A stretch of 63,971 bases of DNA, the filler included, from Lama guanicoe (taxonomy: Eukaryota): the NCBI GenBank assembly GCA_013239625.1. It is 199 parts of 199 records of this genome, joined end to end, with 100 filler letters (N's around TTAATTAATTAA, not from the genome) between each part and the next. Parts side by side here need not be neighbours in the genome. Positions count along the whole stretch, not along the records: positions 12,236 to 12,457 come from PNXV01040924.1; positions 12,558 to 12,779 come from PNXV01040925.1; positions 12,880 to 13,101 come from PNXV01040926.1; positions 13,202 to 13,423 come from PNXV01040927.1; positions 13,524 to 13,744 come from PNXV01040928.1; positions 13,845 to 14,066 come from PNXV01040929.1; positions 14,167 to 14,388 come from PNXV01040930.1; positions 14,489 to 14,710 come from PNXV01040931.1; 191 more parts are not named here. One strand, written 5' to 3'. Positions 12,136 to 24,689 of the stretch are shown here, piece after piece; the first letter of the stretch is position 1, and the number at the start of each line of letters is the position of its first letter. The notes beneath the pieces are model-generated. The model was given only the letters and a program-made list of their open reading frames with translations, did not search any database and was not told the origin of the DNA. Both the position numbers and the translations under genes were made by a program.

Positions 12136-12559
12136 NNNNNNNNNNNNNNNNNNNNNNNNNNNNNNNNNNNNNNNNNNNNTTAATTAATTAANNNNNNNNN
12201 NNNNNNNNNNNNNNNNNNNNNNNNNNNNNNNNNNNCACGTGCGCAGCCCGAGCACAGCTGCTCATTCCTCGTAAGTGCAGAATTGCACAGCTTTTGCGGT
12301 GACGGCTTTATGACCGCCCCGTGAAGACTCTCAGTGTTCCAAAAAGATGACTTGTGGTTTGGAGATGGTATTTTTAATTCTGTAAATACCCGATGATTGT
12401 GTTATTGGGCTCTTCTATTTGAATCTATTCTTTAGAAAGTGCATATTGTAGATATATNNNNNNNNNNNNNNNNNNNNNNNNNNNNNNNNNNNNNNNNNNN
12501 NTTAATTAATTAANNNNNNNNNNNNNNNNNNNNNNNNNNNNNNNNNNNNNNNNNNNNTT

Positions 12560-12755
12560 AAATATAGGATGCTCTGTAAAATTTGAATCTTAAACAACAG
12601 ATACTTTAAAAATATAAGTATGTCCTAAATATTGCATGGTTCCTCATGAAATATTGCAGGGGACATCCGTATAGTAAAAAAGTGTGGTCATTGTTTATCT
12701 GCAGTTCTAATTTTAGCTGGCATCTGTATTTTTATTTGCTAAATCTGGCAACCCT
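12560..12755. mobile_element. MER53 palindromic hAT MITE
   Basis: Ends in TATTTGCTAAATCTGGCAACCCT. Self-complementary arms surround TATGTCC.AAATATTGCA...GGACAT. Confidence 0.85.
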
Positions 12756-12879
12756 TGGAAAAGGGCCCTACCCTTGGGANNNNNNNNNNNNNNNNNNNNN
12801 NNNNNNNNNNNNNNNNNNNNNNNTTAATTAATTAANNNNNNNNNNNNNNNNNNNNNNNNNNNNNNNNNNNNNNNNNNNN

Positions 12880-13101
12880 TGTTTCCTAGTGCAGGTTTGA
12901 AGTTCCTGCAATTTTTTCTGTAAAACCAATTTGTAAATTGTACCTCCCCATATATATTTCAGGAGTGGGGTTTGCTTCTGTTGAGAAACTTTGTGTTCCC
13001 AACAAGCTAGATGAAGGACGGGTTTTACACATGCTTAGATCTTAAAGCTGAGTATGTGGAGAGACATTCGTTCATCAACCACAAAGGGAACAGTTTGCAG
13101 G
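12880..13101 (+). repeat. Unidentified repeat (putative satellite monomer), homologous to 20607-20827
   Basis: Collinear shared blocks: GGTTTGAA, CTGTAAA, GGAGTGG, CTTTGTGTTCCC, ATGTGGAGA, TTCGTTCATC, CACAAAGGGAAC. Confidence 0.7.
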
Positions 13102-13523
13102 NNNNNNNNNNNNNNNNNNNNNNNNNNNNNNNNNNNNNNNNNNNNTTAATTAATTAANNNNNNNNNNNNNNNNNNNNNNNNNNNNNNNNNNNNNNNNNNN
13201 NTGTTTATCACCCTTCAGTCTTCTCTCTCTGCTTCAGAAATTTCTTGAGGGTTTGGTGAGTGTTTCTTGTACTCCCCTTCTTCACCTGTAAAGGACAAAC
13301 TCTCGTTTGTAATTAAGGTTATAGTCATTTCAGGGAGATCCTGACCCAGGGCAAGATTATATATGTTTCTAATCTGCTATGCCCATCCCCAATCTCCTGA
13401 AAGGTAAATTTCTAAAATAAAGTNNNNNNNNNNNNNNNNNNNNNNNNNNNNNNNNNNNNNNNNNNNNTTAATTAATTAANNNNNNNNNNNNNNNNNNNNN
13501 NNNNNNNNNNNNNNNNNNNNNNN

Positions 13524-13744
13524 AAAAAGACACATGCACCCCAGTGTTCATAGCAGCACTATTTACAACAGCTAAGACCCAGAAACAACCTAAATGTCCA
13601 TCAACAAATGACTGAAAAAAAAAGTTGTGGATATTTATACAATGGAATACTACTCAGCTATAAAAAAGAATTAAAATAATGCCATTTGCCACAATGTGGG
13701 TGGACCTGGAGATCATCATTCTCAGTGAAGTAAGCCAGAAAGAG
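13524..13744 (+). mobile_element. LINE-1 ORF2-end fragment
   Basis: AAAGACACATGCACCCCAGTGTTCATAGCAGCACTATTTACAA...CAACCTAAATGTCCATCAACA...ATGGAATACTACTCAG. Confidence 0.93.
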
Positions 13745-13844
13745 NNNNNNNNNNNNNNNNNNNNNNNNNNNNNNNNNNNNNNNNNNNNTTAATTAATTAA
13801 NNNNNNNNNNNNNNNNNNNNNNNNNNNNNNNNNNNNNNNNNNNN

Positions 13845-14066
13845 CGCCGCCGCCGCCGCCGCCGTGTGGGGTCCGGCCGGCCCCGCCCCTGGAGTCCGCG
13901 TCCGGGCAGCGGGGAGCGGCCCGCGCACCCCGAAACCTGGTTCCCCGCGCCCGCCCCGCCTGCGCGGGACGCCCCTCCCCTCGCCCGCACAGCGTCCCGC
14001 GCCGCCGCGGGCCCCACGTCCCGGGCCGCTGCCCCTTCCGCCGGCGCCGCCGCCCCGCCGCCCTCT
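13845..14066. promoter_or_regulatory. CpG-island fragment with a (CGC)6 run and GC boxes
   Basis: Extremely GC- and CpG-rich; several CCGCCC/CCCCGCCCC boxes; CGC repeat at the contig start. Confidence 0.75.
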
Positions 14067-14893
14067 NNNNNNNNNNNNNNNNNNNNNNNNNNNNNNNNNN
14101 NNNNNNNNNNTTAATTAATTAANNNNNNNNNNNNNNNNNNNNNNNNNNNNNNNNNNNNNNNNNNNNGGGAATGGCTCTGAGAGCTGGCCTGGGCGAGGAG
14201 GGAACCTGGACGGGGACTCAGCCCTCCCAGCAGGGGGGCAGACAGCGCGGGGACGGAGAGCGGCTGGCCCACTTAGGTCCTTGGAAGGGCTCTGAGGGCG
14301 GGGAACAGGTGCAGCCACGGGCAGGGCGGGCCCCACACTCGCTCGCCGCTGGCACCCAAGACCCGTGGGACTCAGCCAGCCTCATCACNNNNNNNNNNNN
14401 NNNNNNNNNNNNNNNNNNNNNNNNNNNNNNNNTTAATTAATTAANNNNNNNNNNNNNNNNNNNNNNNNNNNNNNNNNNNNNNNNNNNNACTTACGGAGGC
14501 TGACAAATCCCAAGACCTGCAGTCAGCAAGCTGCAGATTTGGTTTAATAAAATGAATCACCTTTCATAAAGCGAATCATACACAAACACGTAGATGCTTA
14601 TAAAAATTATGCCTACATTCTTCTAATAACACTTGAAAACTGGAAGATTTGAATGAAAAATCCAGGCTTTCAGCATCTCTTGAAAACTGGGAGCCCTAGC
14701 GAGTCTGAGCNNNNNNNNNNNNNNNNNNNNNNNNNNNNNNNNNNNNNNNNNNNNTTAATTAATTAANNNNNNNNNNNNNNNNNNNNNNNNNNNNNNNNNN
14801 NNNNNNNNNNCTTGTGTTTGCTATCAGATCTAAAGAAATTGCTAAATCCAAGGTCGTGATGACTCATCCCCATTATTTCTTTGAGAGTTTATG

Positions 14894-15032
14894 CAGCTTC
14901 CCTCCCTATCTGTGAGGTATTGGTTCCAGGATGCCCCATGGATACTAAATATCTGTCGGTGCTCAAGCCCATTATATAACATGGTGTAGTATTTGCAAAT
15001 AATCTAAGCACAGCTTCCTGTATACTTAAAAT
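14894..15032. mobile_element. MER2 (Tigger-type) DNA transposon end, next to an L1 fragment
   Basis: CCCTATCTGTGAGGTATTGGTTCCAGGA...GGATACTAAA...TGCTCAAG...ATGGTGTAGTATTTGCA matches the recalled MER2 consensus. Confidence 0.75.
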
Positions 15033-15776
15033 NNNNNNNNNNNNNNNNNNNNNNNNNNNNNNNNNNNNNNNNNNNNTTAATTAATTAANNNNNNNNNNNN
15101 NNNNNNNNNNNNNNNNNNNNNNNNNNNNNNNNGTGTCCCTACGAGACTGCAAGCCCCACGAGGGCAGGGGCCGCTTCTGCCTCGGCGTTACAGCCTCAGG
15201 TGCCAGCAGTGTTCCCAGTATGAGAGTGACACCAGGCCAAGCCCAGTTCGGCCGCTGGGCAGGAAGGGCGTCATATACTGGGGCCAGCATTTGGCTCTTT
15301 GTCAATATAAGCCGGTCTTGCTCTCCATCCTGTTTCTCAGTCCTTCCTTTTAGTNNNNNNNNNNNNNNNNNNNNNNNNNNNNNNNNNNNNNNNNNNNNTT
15401 AATTAATTAANNNNNNNNNNNNNNNNNNNNNNNNNNNNNNNNNNNNNNNNNNNNTTAAAATTGTGTGTGTGTTGTTGGACTATTAAAAAACACAGAGAAA
15501 ATATACAACGTGCTTGTGTGTTTCTTGGAAGTCTCTGCTTTGTATTAAATTTCCTCTAATTTTGCACCAATATAAATAGAAGTATTAAGTCTAGCACATG
15601 TGATGTTAACAAAATTTATCTTTCAAGAAATCAAGTTATTAATAAATAATGTTTTAAGCCTGAACAAAAAAATAATNNNNNNNNNNNNNNNNNNNNNNNN
15701 NNNNNNNNNNNNNNNNNNNNTTAATTAATTAANNNNNNNNNNNNNNNNNNNNNNNNNNNNNNNNNNNNNNNNNNNN

Positions 15777-15998
15777 TCTGTGCTGAGACTGGAAAAGTGT
15801 AAGTAGGTAAAAGGAGGACACACAAATTCCAAGGATGAGCTGAAGCAAAAGTGGTGAGGTTGGAGCTAAAATTGTTGACAAGTATTTGCCTGGATGTATC
15901 TCCAGATACACTGAAACATTAAGATATTCAAAAGGTAGTCAGATGCCAGATTTATAAAGAACTGACTAAACTAAGTTGAGTTTGTGGGCTTAGAGTTG
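15777..15998 (-). mobile_element. LINE-2 fragment
   Basis: Purine-rich sequence resembling antisense L2 (GAGGACACACAAATTCCAAGGATGAGCTGAAG...GTTGAGTTTG). Confidence 0.4.
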
Positions 15999-18030
15999 NN
16001 NNNNNNNNNNNNNNNNNNNNNNNNNNNNNNNNNNNNNNNNNNTTAATTAATTAANNNNNNNNNNNNNNNNNNNNNNNNNNNNNNNNNNNNNNNNNNNNTA
16101 TTATATACTTTACTATCTTTAGTTAATACAATACATAATAAATACCCGTATACACACATCACTTAACCTATATGTTGATGACTTTTTATAAATTTCCTAA
16201 AAGTGAAACTATGGCGTCAGAGGGCACTGCATCATCAGTTCTTATACTGCCAAACCGACCTCCAAAGATACACTAATTTATACTTCCACAACAGTGCGTG
16301 ACAGCACCCATGCTCCCCACNNNNNNNNNNNNNNNNNNNNNNNNNNNNNNNNNNNNNNNNNNNNTTAATTAATTAANNNNNNNNNNNNNNNNNNNNNNNN
16401 NNNNNNNNNNNNNNNNNNNNCAGGAGCTGAAGATCAGAAGGAGACATTTGCAGTATCTGCAATGCAGGAGGCAACACATGTTGAAAGCATTAAGTTGCAG
16501 GGAGGGCTCATCCAAAGTCCAAACATTAAAGTTTGCCGCTGGTCCAGTCAGCCCCCAGTGCGGTGACCTCCGTGAGTCTGGGCCGGGTAAGGCGCCACAC
16601 GAGAAAGTCACCGAGGATGTCAGCCTGGACTGAGGTAACGGGNNNNNNNNNNNNNNNNNNNNNNNNNNNNNNNNNNNNNNNNNNNNTTAATTAATTAANN
16701 NNNNNNNNNNNNNNNNNNNNNNNNNNNNNNNNNNNNNNNNNNCTCTGGTGTGTCCGGTCTTTCCTAAGGCCCTTCCTGCACTTTCCAGAAACGACCCCAG
16801 CGCCAAAGGGGGTGGGCCCACTTGTGTCCGAGTCTCCGCAAAGCTGAGGAAGTGTCCGCTGGGGCCCGGGCTCCATCCCGTCGAGCTGTGAAGGTGGTGC
16901 TGGGAAGTTGCCAGACAGGGCCCCTGCGGCTGAGAGTGGACAGCCCTGCAAGGATTTTCTCCCCNNNNNNNNNNNNNNNNNNNNNNNNNNNNNNNNNNNN
17001 NNNNNNNNTTAATTAATTAANNNNNNNNNNNNNNNNNNNNNNNNNNNNNNNNNNNNNNNNNNNNGAAGTCCCCAAGCTATGACAATGAATCCAGCATTTC
17101 TGCTAACTGAGCCCATATCAACAAACTTGATCTAATCCAACTTTATGTTCCTTCCATCATTATCCCATGCTCTTAAGATCTATCTTCACACATATTCCCT
17201 ACATTTCTGTTTGGACAAATTAGAAAATTCAACTAGTTCTTTTGGAATGTAACAGGCTTCCTCATGGATCACACTTTGTACCTCACNNNNNNNNNNNNNN
17301 NNNNNNNNNNNNNNNNNNNNNNNNNNNNNNTTAATTAATTAANNNNNNNNNNNNNNNNNNNNNNNNNNNNNNNNNNNNNNNNNNNNGCTTTTAAAGAAGT
17401 AGCAGGAGCCTAGTTCTTCCATTTCTCAATATAAGAAAAAAATGGAGTGGAGCAAGTTTGAACTCACATCTGCGCATCTGCTGGTGTGTCTGCGCATTTA
17501 GTCCCTTTCTGCCCAGATGCCCAGTGTTCATTCCTTGTCCCTGTTGTCCCCAGCCTCCCGTGCTGTCCCCTGCTGACCCCAGCTGTGTCTCTTACTTGCA
17601 GTAGTGACNNNNNNNNNNNNNNNNNNNNNNNNNNNNNNNNNNNNNNNNNNNNTTAATTAATTAANNNNNNNNNNNNNNNNNNNNNNNNNNNNNNNNNNNN
17701 NNNNNNNNCTGGTAAATAGCTATTGGTAAGACGGCAGAAACGTGGTGCAGTCAAATAAGCAAATAAAAACAAGAAAAAAAAGAAAGAAACATGGTTTAAG
17801 AAGAGTAAAGTCGGTGGGAAGGATCCTCTGTATTGCCAGGCCCAGGAGGGAAAACGCCAAAGACCCAAGCTTCTTCCACCGGGGGTAGTCAGCGGGGAGG
17901 CCCGGGGCTCTGAGCAGTGGCTTTGTGCTCNNNNNNNNNNNNNNNNNNNNNNNNNNNNNNNNNNNNNNNNNNNNTTAATTAATTAANNNNNNNNNNNNNN
18001 NNNNNNNNNNNNNNNNNNNNNNNNNNNNNN

Positions 18031-18252
18031 GTTCAAAGGGTTGTAGAGCCTGGGGTCAAATTGTACTTGGTCACTTAGTAGATGGGCAACTTACATAAGC
18101 TTCTAGTGCCTCAGTTTCCTCCTCTGTCTAATGAGAATAATCAGCATGCTTCCCTTATTAAAAATTAAGAGTAAATGAGTTAATAATGTATGTAAAGCAT
18201 TACAGCCATGCCTAGTTCATAGAAAATTATGGCCAGTATTGTCATTTTCACT
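18031..18252 (+). mobile_element. MIR SINE
   Basis: MIR core GTGCCTCAGTTTCCTCCTCTGTCTAATGAGAATAAT...AAATGAGTTAATAATGTATGTAAAGCA. Confidence 0.85.
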
Positions 18253-20606
18253 NNNNNNNNNNNNNNNNNNNNNNNNNNNNNNNNNNNNNNNNNNNNTTAA
18301 TTAATTAANNNNNNNNNNNNNNNNNNNNNNNNNNNNNNNNNNNNNNNNNNNNATGCTTCTTACATTTAAGACCTTATTCTAGGTGCTCCAGGAAATGCAC
18401 AGTTACGTTTCCTAGTCTCTAGCGGTGTATACTGATGCAGGGGCTATAAAATGAATATGTAAATAACTATAATACAAAATGTCTGAAATTTGAAATTTTA
18501 GAATGGGACATGAGGACTGGAAATGCTTTTTAAAACTATAATACAAAAGAATTCTGAAGTAGGTTTCATCATATNNNNNNNNNNNNNNNNNNNNNNNNNN
18601 NNNNNNNNNNNNNNNNNNTTAATTAATTAANNNNNNNNNNNNNNNNNNNNNNNNNNNNNNNNNNNNNNNNNNNNTGGGAAGGGAAGAGGGGCAGGGTCAC
18701 CAGGAGGGAGGCCCTGTCTCTGAGCTGCACCAAGTATGCACAGACCGTAGGGAGGGGACCCAGAACGGCACCTCTCCTGACTCGCCCCCGTCCCCTCTGC
18801 GACACTCTCTGCCAGCGCATTCCTCCCTCCCTCCCACAAATCCTTTCGGATCACCCCCTTCTGCATCCGGCACTTCCTTCATCCAATACACATGACNNNN
18901 NNNNNNNNNNNNNNNNNNNNNNNNNNNNNNNNNNNNNNNNTTAATTAATTAANNNNNNNNNNNNNNNNNNNNNNNNNNNNNNNNNNNNNNNNNNNNAGTT
19001 GAGGGGACAGCACCTTGATCTTGCTCTGTTTGTCTCTGACTTCCACATTCTCCCATTACTCTGGTCTCCGGGGACAGTAGGTGCTTCCATAAGTACAACT
19101 TCTCAATAGTTTACATTTGATTCAATTCCCTCCCCCCCCCCATTCCTTCAATATATTCTTCATTGACTGCTACATTTTTTGGCAACAAATGCTGACACTT
19201 GCCATTCTAAAACAAAGANNNNNNNNNNNNNNNNNNNNNNNNNNNNNNNNNNNNNNNNNNNNTTAATTAATTAANNNNNNNNNNNNNNNNNNNNNNNNNN
19301 NNNNNNNNNNNNNNNNNNTTTAGTACAGTGGCCAGCTTATGTTATTACCTAAAAAATAGCCTTGCATGTAGAGAGCAAAATTCAAATCAGTTTGTAAAGA
19401 ATGTGCAAAATATGATCCAGTTCCTGCCTGGTTTGTAAACACATCTACTACTGCAGAATGTAAAAGCAGGCTAATTTCCAACAGAAAAGAACATTTCTCA
19501 GCATTTTTTCAAAGGTAGTTGCAAAATCGTTTTTACTAAANNNNNNNNNNNNNNNNNNNNNNNNNNNNNNNNNNNNNNNNNNNNTTAATTAATTAANNNN
19601 NNNNNNNNNNNNNNNNNNNNNNNNNNNNNNNNNNNNNNNNAATTCTCTGGAGTGGCTGTGCTTTGGAAGACTGCCTTTCATCAGGAAAGCTGAATTCCCT
19701 ATGTACGATCAGATCTGTGAACAACTCGTTCATTCATCTGCCCCTAACTGAAGAGCAGAAAGCAAGGGCCTGCAGCTCAGGGCCTTCGTCTGGTGCCTCC
19801 TCAACGCTGGCCTGGGCAGCCTCCTGGGTAAAGACGACAGCTTTTAAAAAGAACTCTGGAATNNNNNNNNNNNNNNNNNNNNNNNNNNNNNNNNNNNNNN
19901 NNNNNNTTAATTAATTAANNNNNNNNNNNNNNNNNNNNNNNNNNNNNNNNNNNNNNNNNNNNCTGCTCCCTGAGTGTCACCCATCTGTGCCTGCCTCTGC
20001 TGGAAACCCTCCCCTCCCCTCAGGGCAGGGAGCATGACGCCCCTGCTCCCTGCTATGTCAGGTCTAGCACACCAGGGGCTAGCTATTTATTTGCTAGATA
20101 GACAAATAAATACATCAGTGTCCTATATTTATGACTGCACAGGACCCAACTATTGAGCCCAGCGCAATTTTAAAATATTTCAAGNNNNNNNNNNNNNNNN
20201 NNNNNNNNNNNNNNNNNNNNNNNNNNNNTTAATTAATTAANNNNNNNNNNNNNNNNNNNNNNNNNNNNNNNNNNNNNNNNNNNNCCATAGCACCAAATTA
20301 AATACAATGAATTCCATTCTGTTTTGCTCAAAACCTAGTGGCACTAGGAAGACAATTAGTAGAGCTGGCCGTGGGTGTTCAAAATAATAGTGTTCAGGGT
20401 CAGAGATGGGCTCGTTGGCTGACATAGCACCTGCTCCATCATGTACTTCTTGCAGCCTTAGACCCCATGATCCTGGTGGGATTAGAATAAGATTGGTGGC
20501 AGAGAANNNNNNNNNNNNNNNNNNNNNNNNNNNNNNNNNNNNNNNNNNNNTTAATTAATTAANNNNNNNNNNNNNNNNNNNNNNNNNNNNNNNNNNNNNN
20601 NNNNNN

Positions 20607-20827
20607 CGGTTTGAAATACCTGCGGTTTTCACTGTAAACACGAGTTGGAGCTTGTCCTTCCCCACATATATGTATGGAGTGGAGTTTGTGACTGAAAGAA
20701 TCTTTGTGTTCCCTTCAAGTTAGGTGAAGAACGGCTTTCACACACAATTATTTCTCTGAACTCAACATGTGGAGAAAACTTCGTTCATCCAGCACAAAGG
20801 GAACGGGTTTCAGGAGAAACACTTACT
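20607..20827 (+). repeat. Unidentified repeat (putative satellite monomer), homologous to 12880-13101
   Basis: Same collinear blocks as 12880-13101; one of the six length-shifted contigs. Confidence 0.7.
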
Positions 20828-21893
20828 NNNNNNNNNNNNNNNNNNNNNNNNNNNNNNNNNNNNNNNNNNNNTTAATTAATTAANNNNNNNNNNNNNNNNN
20901 NNNNNNNNNNNNNNNNNNNNNNNNNNNCAGTAGGCCCCCGCAGAGGCAGCGCAGCCCGTGCCCGGAGGGGAGGGCCGTGGAAGCTGAGTGGGCAGAGGGC
21001 CGCCGTCTGGGCCCCATCCAGAGGGACATGTCAGTCTGTGCTCTTTGCCGACAGTGGATGTACCTGCCCTTTATAGCCGCTCAGGAGGGCAAGTGACTTT
21101 GCCAGTCTGGAGGTTTATGGCTAAAGAAGGGACAAGGGACATTCCGCCCNNNNNNNNNNNNNNNNNNNNNNNNNNNNNNNNNNNNNNNNNNNNTTAATTA
21201 ATTAANNNNNNNNNNNNNNNNNNNNNNNNNNNNNNNNNNNNNNNNNNNNTGGGCTTCATTCAGCAATGCCTCAGAAATTTTCTATCCTTTTAAGGTTTTG
21301 AGGTTAATTCTGCTTCCTGTGCTGTTGCCATTAACCTTTGAAAACAAAGAATTTTACAGTGAAAACATAGCGTAATATTTCACAGTTTCTTTTTTAATAT
21401 TAGAGACTTTACATACTTCTTTCTTTTTAAGTAGGTTTATCTGGGTCACCATTTTAAAGAACGTGTTTATCNNNNNNNNNNNNNNNNNNNNNNNNNNNNN
21501 NNNNNNNNNNNNNNNTTAATTAATTAANNNNNNNNNNNNNNNNNNNNNNNNNNNNNNNNNNNNNNNNNNNNGTAAAAAACATTTAGTTGATTATTATATT
21601 TTGAGCCAAAGTCTGAGGAAAATCATATTCTAATCCAATGGTTATTTATTAGAAAGAATACTCAACAGTTACAGCAGTTTATATAGGGAAAACCAGTGTT
21701 CATAGGATATTATAAGAAATTATTTAAAAACTAGACTTATGAAGTATGTTTAAGAAAAAATATTCAATAGTTGATTTGGGGAAACAGGTGGAANNNNNNN
21801 NNNNNNNNNNNNNNNNNNNNNNNNNNNNNNNNNNNNNTTAATTAATTAANNNNNNNNNNNNNNNNNNNNNNNNNNNNNNNNNNNNNNNNNNNN

Positions 21894-22115
21894 GTTACAA
21901 TCAACACCACAGAAATACAAAGGATCATAAGTGATTACCACCAACAACTGCATGCCAAAAAATTGGACAACCAAGATTGAATCAGGAAGAAATAAAGTAT
22001 GAACAGATCAATTACCAGTAATAAAACTGAAGCAGTAATTTTTTAAAAAAGCTGTCAACAAACTATTGCAAAAAGCTGAATAGGATGGAACACTTCTGGA
22101 CTCAAACCATGAGGC
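21894..22115 (+). mobile_element. LINE-1 ORF2 fragment with internal deletions
   Basis: CACCACAGAAATACAAAGGATCATAAG...AATTGGACAACC directly joined to AAGATTGAATCAGGAAGAAATA...GAACAGATCAATTACCAGTAAT. Confidence 0.85.
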
Positions 22116-23277
22116 NNNNNNNNNNNNNNNNNNNNNNNNNNNNNNNNNNNNNNNNNNNNTTAATTAATTAANNNNNNNNNNNNNNNNNNNNNNNNNNNNN
22201 NNNNNNNNNNNNNNNCGTGGATTTGTCTCTCGAGCTCCCCATGCACTCACAATGGTTCCGGAATTCTGAGCGTGCCGAGGTTACACCAACGGTCGGCAGC
22301 GCTTTGGTTCTAATGGAATGCCAAAGCTCGACCCCCCTGGGTATTTTCCTAATGTCTCTGTGCCACGGAATGCTAGGGGTGTTTGAGGGAATTCCCAGTG
22401 ACAGAGGCTGCCTCCCCAAGGTCAGGGAAGGTATTNNNNNNNNNNNNNNNNNNNNNNNNNNNNNNNNNNNNNNNNNNNNTTAATTAATTAANNNNNNNNN
22501 NNNNNNNNNNNNNNNNNNNNNNNNNNNNNNNNNNNCCAGCTCCCAGGCGAGGATGTCGACCTCCCCATGATAACCGGAAAGGGATGTCCAGTCCTCTTAT
22601 GAGAAGGTCAATAAGGAGATGAGACCAGAAGGTAGAATCAGTATTTGCAGCATTTGGTATTATTCCTGGGACATAACAGATAATCAGTTTGGAATAAATG
22701 TATAAATAAGCAGAAATGCATGAGAACCTCGAGGAGAAAATATCAAAATATTGAGAGNNNNNNNNNNNNNNNNNNNNNNNNNNNNNNNNNNNNNNNNNNN
22801 NTTAATTAATTAANNNNNNNNNNNNNNNNNNNNNNNNNNNNNNNNNNNNNNNNNNNNGATGGGCTCCTCAGCACCCTGCTGCCCACGCTCCGGGAGGAGG
22901 CCGGCGGCGCGGCCCCCAGCACCTCGCGGACCACGCCCCCCTCAGGTGCACCCCTGCCCTCCCCCTGCACCCGCGCGCCCCAGGCGGCTGCAGGCGGTGT
23001 GTGTCTGCACAGCCGCGGCCAGGGTGCCCCGCCAGCTGCTTGAGGTCGCCTTCTCTTTCCCTGTCCCTGGCTCCTGGGANNNNNNNNNNNNNNNNNNNNN
23101 NNNNNNNNNNNNNNNNNNNNNNNTTAATTAATTAANNNNNNNNNNNNNNNNNNNNNNNNNNNNNNNNNNNNNNNNNNNNTGCAATTATGTAAATGACTAA
23201 CAGAAAACCCAAAAGAACAACACAATAACTGTTTACATATGTAACCTTCAAAGTTTTAGGTTTTAACATGTATCTAC

Positions 23278-23303
23278 ATGTATGTATGTATGTATGTATG
23301 TAT
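23278..23303 (+). repeat. (TATG)n microsatellite
   Basis: ATGTATGTATGTATGTATGTATGTAT read directly. Confidence 0.9.
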
Positions 23304-24467
23304 CTCTTTAGCTATCTATCATCTATCTATATCAGCTTGGCTTTTCAACCTTAGCACTATTGATATTTGGGACAGATATGGGTTATTTTATAATATATAT
23401 ANNNNNNNNNNNNNNNNNNNNNNNNNNNNNNNNNNNNNNNNNNNNTTAATTAATTAANNNNNNNNNNNNNNNNNNNNNNNNNNNNNNNNNNNNNNNNNNN
23501 NAATACTTTCATACTATTTTGTACTTCTGAAGTTCTCCATTAGAAAAGAGTTAATGGAAAATGATACTTTATTTGTAGCCAGAACATTTAAAAAACTAAT
23601 CACTAAACACTCAAGTAATTAATCTGGGAAATTCTGATGTTATGAATAATAATTTTTTGTCTTGTTAGATTTATATTTTCAAGGTCATGCCTTAAAAGCC
23701 TGCAGCAGAAATTGCTTTACTGGNNNNNNNNNNNNNNNNNNNNNNNNNNNNNNNNNNNNNNNNNNNNTTAATTAATTAANNNNNNNNNNNNNNNNNNNNN
23801 NNNNNNNNNNNNNNNNNNNNNNNTCCTCGAAGGGGATCAGTGCATGGGTGTTCACCTCAGTTTTTTGTGATGTTGGAAATTCAGGGGTGATCTAGGTGAT
23901 CATTTTTAGATGAAGCAACACATTGCATGAGGAGGAATCTCGTGGAATCCCGTGCAGCACGGACAGACCTCCGGAGCATCGTGTTGAATAAGAAAGAAAC
24001 AGGATGAGACCTAGACAGAGCACATTCATTTATGTAAATTAAAAANNNNNNNNNNNNNNNNNNNNNNNNNNNNNNNNNNNNNNNNNNNNTTAATTAATTA
24101 ANNNNNNNNNNNNNNNNNNNNNNNNNNNNNNNNNNNNNNNNNNNNTGCTTCAAGTTCATTACTCCATGAGATCTGCCAGGATTGCCTTATTCCCCCCTGC
24201 CTGCCTCCCACCTCACCGCCATCACCCGAATTTGCTCATATCACTTTTTTTTTTAATTTTTCCAAGCTCTTGCTACCCACAACATGCTGCCTGTTTCCTC
24301 TGCTAAAACTCTGAGCCTCCAGTGATGGGGAGTCATGTATATTTTGTTGACTGATAAAGCCCGAGAGNNNNNNNNNNNNNNNNNNNNNNNNNNNNNNNNN
24401 NNNNNNNNNNNTTAATTAATTAANNNNNNNNNNNNNNNNNNNNNNNNNNNNNNNNNNNNNNNNNNNN

Positions 24468-24689
24468 TTACATCTTCTTTCCCAATCTGAATGTCTTTTA
24501 TTTGCTTGCCTTGCCTCATTGTCCAGCCTGGATCTTCCAGGGCAGTGCTGACTGGAAGCGACCAGAGCGTGCACCCTTGCTGTCTCCTGGTGTTAGGAGG
24601 AAAGCAGCCAGTCTATCACCAATAAGTATGATGTTAGCTATGTGGGTTTTTTGGTAAATACTCTATATCAGTTTGAAAAATTTCCCTTC
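24468..24689 (-). mobile_element. LINE-1 ORF2 (RT region) fragment, degraded
   Basis: CACCCTTGCTGTCTCCTGG...AGGAAAGC...AAGTATGATGTTAGCT is the antisense of the GTRQGCP region. Confidence 0.75.

Noticed and set aside
13793..14118. Pro/Ala/Arg-rich ORFs in the GC-rich contig
   Set aside because: Stop codons are rare at this GC content and there is no recognisable domain; a CpG island explains it better.
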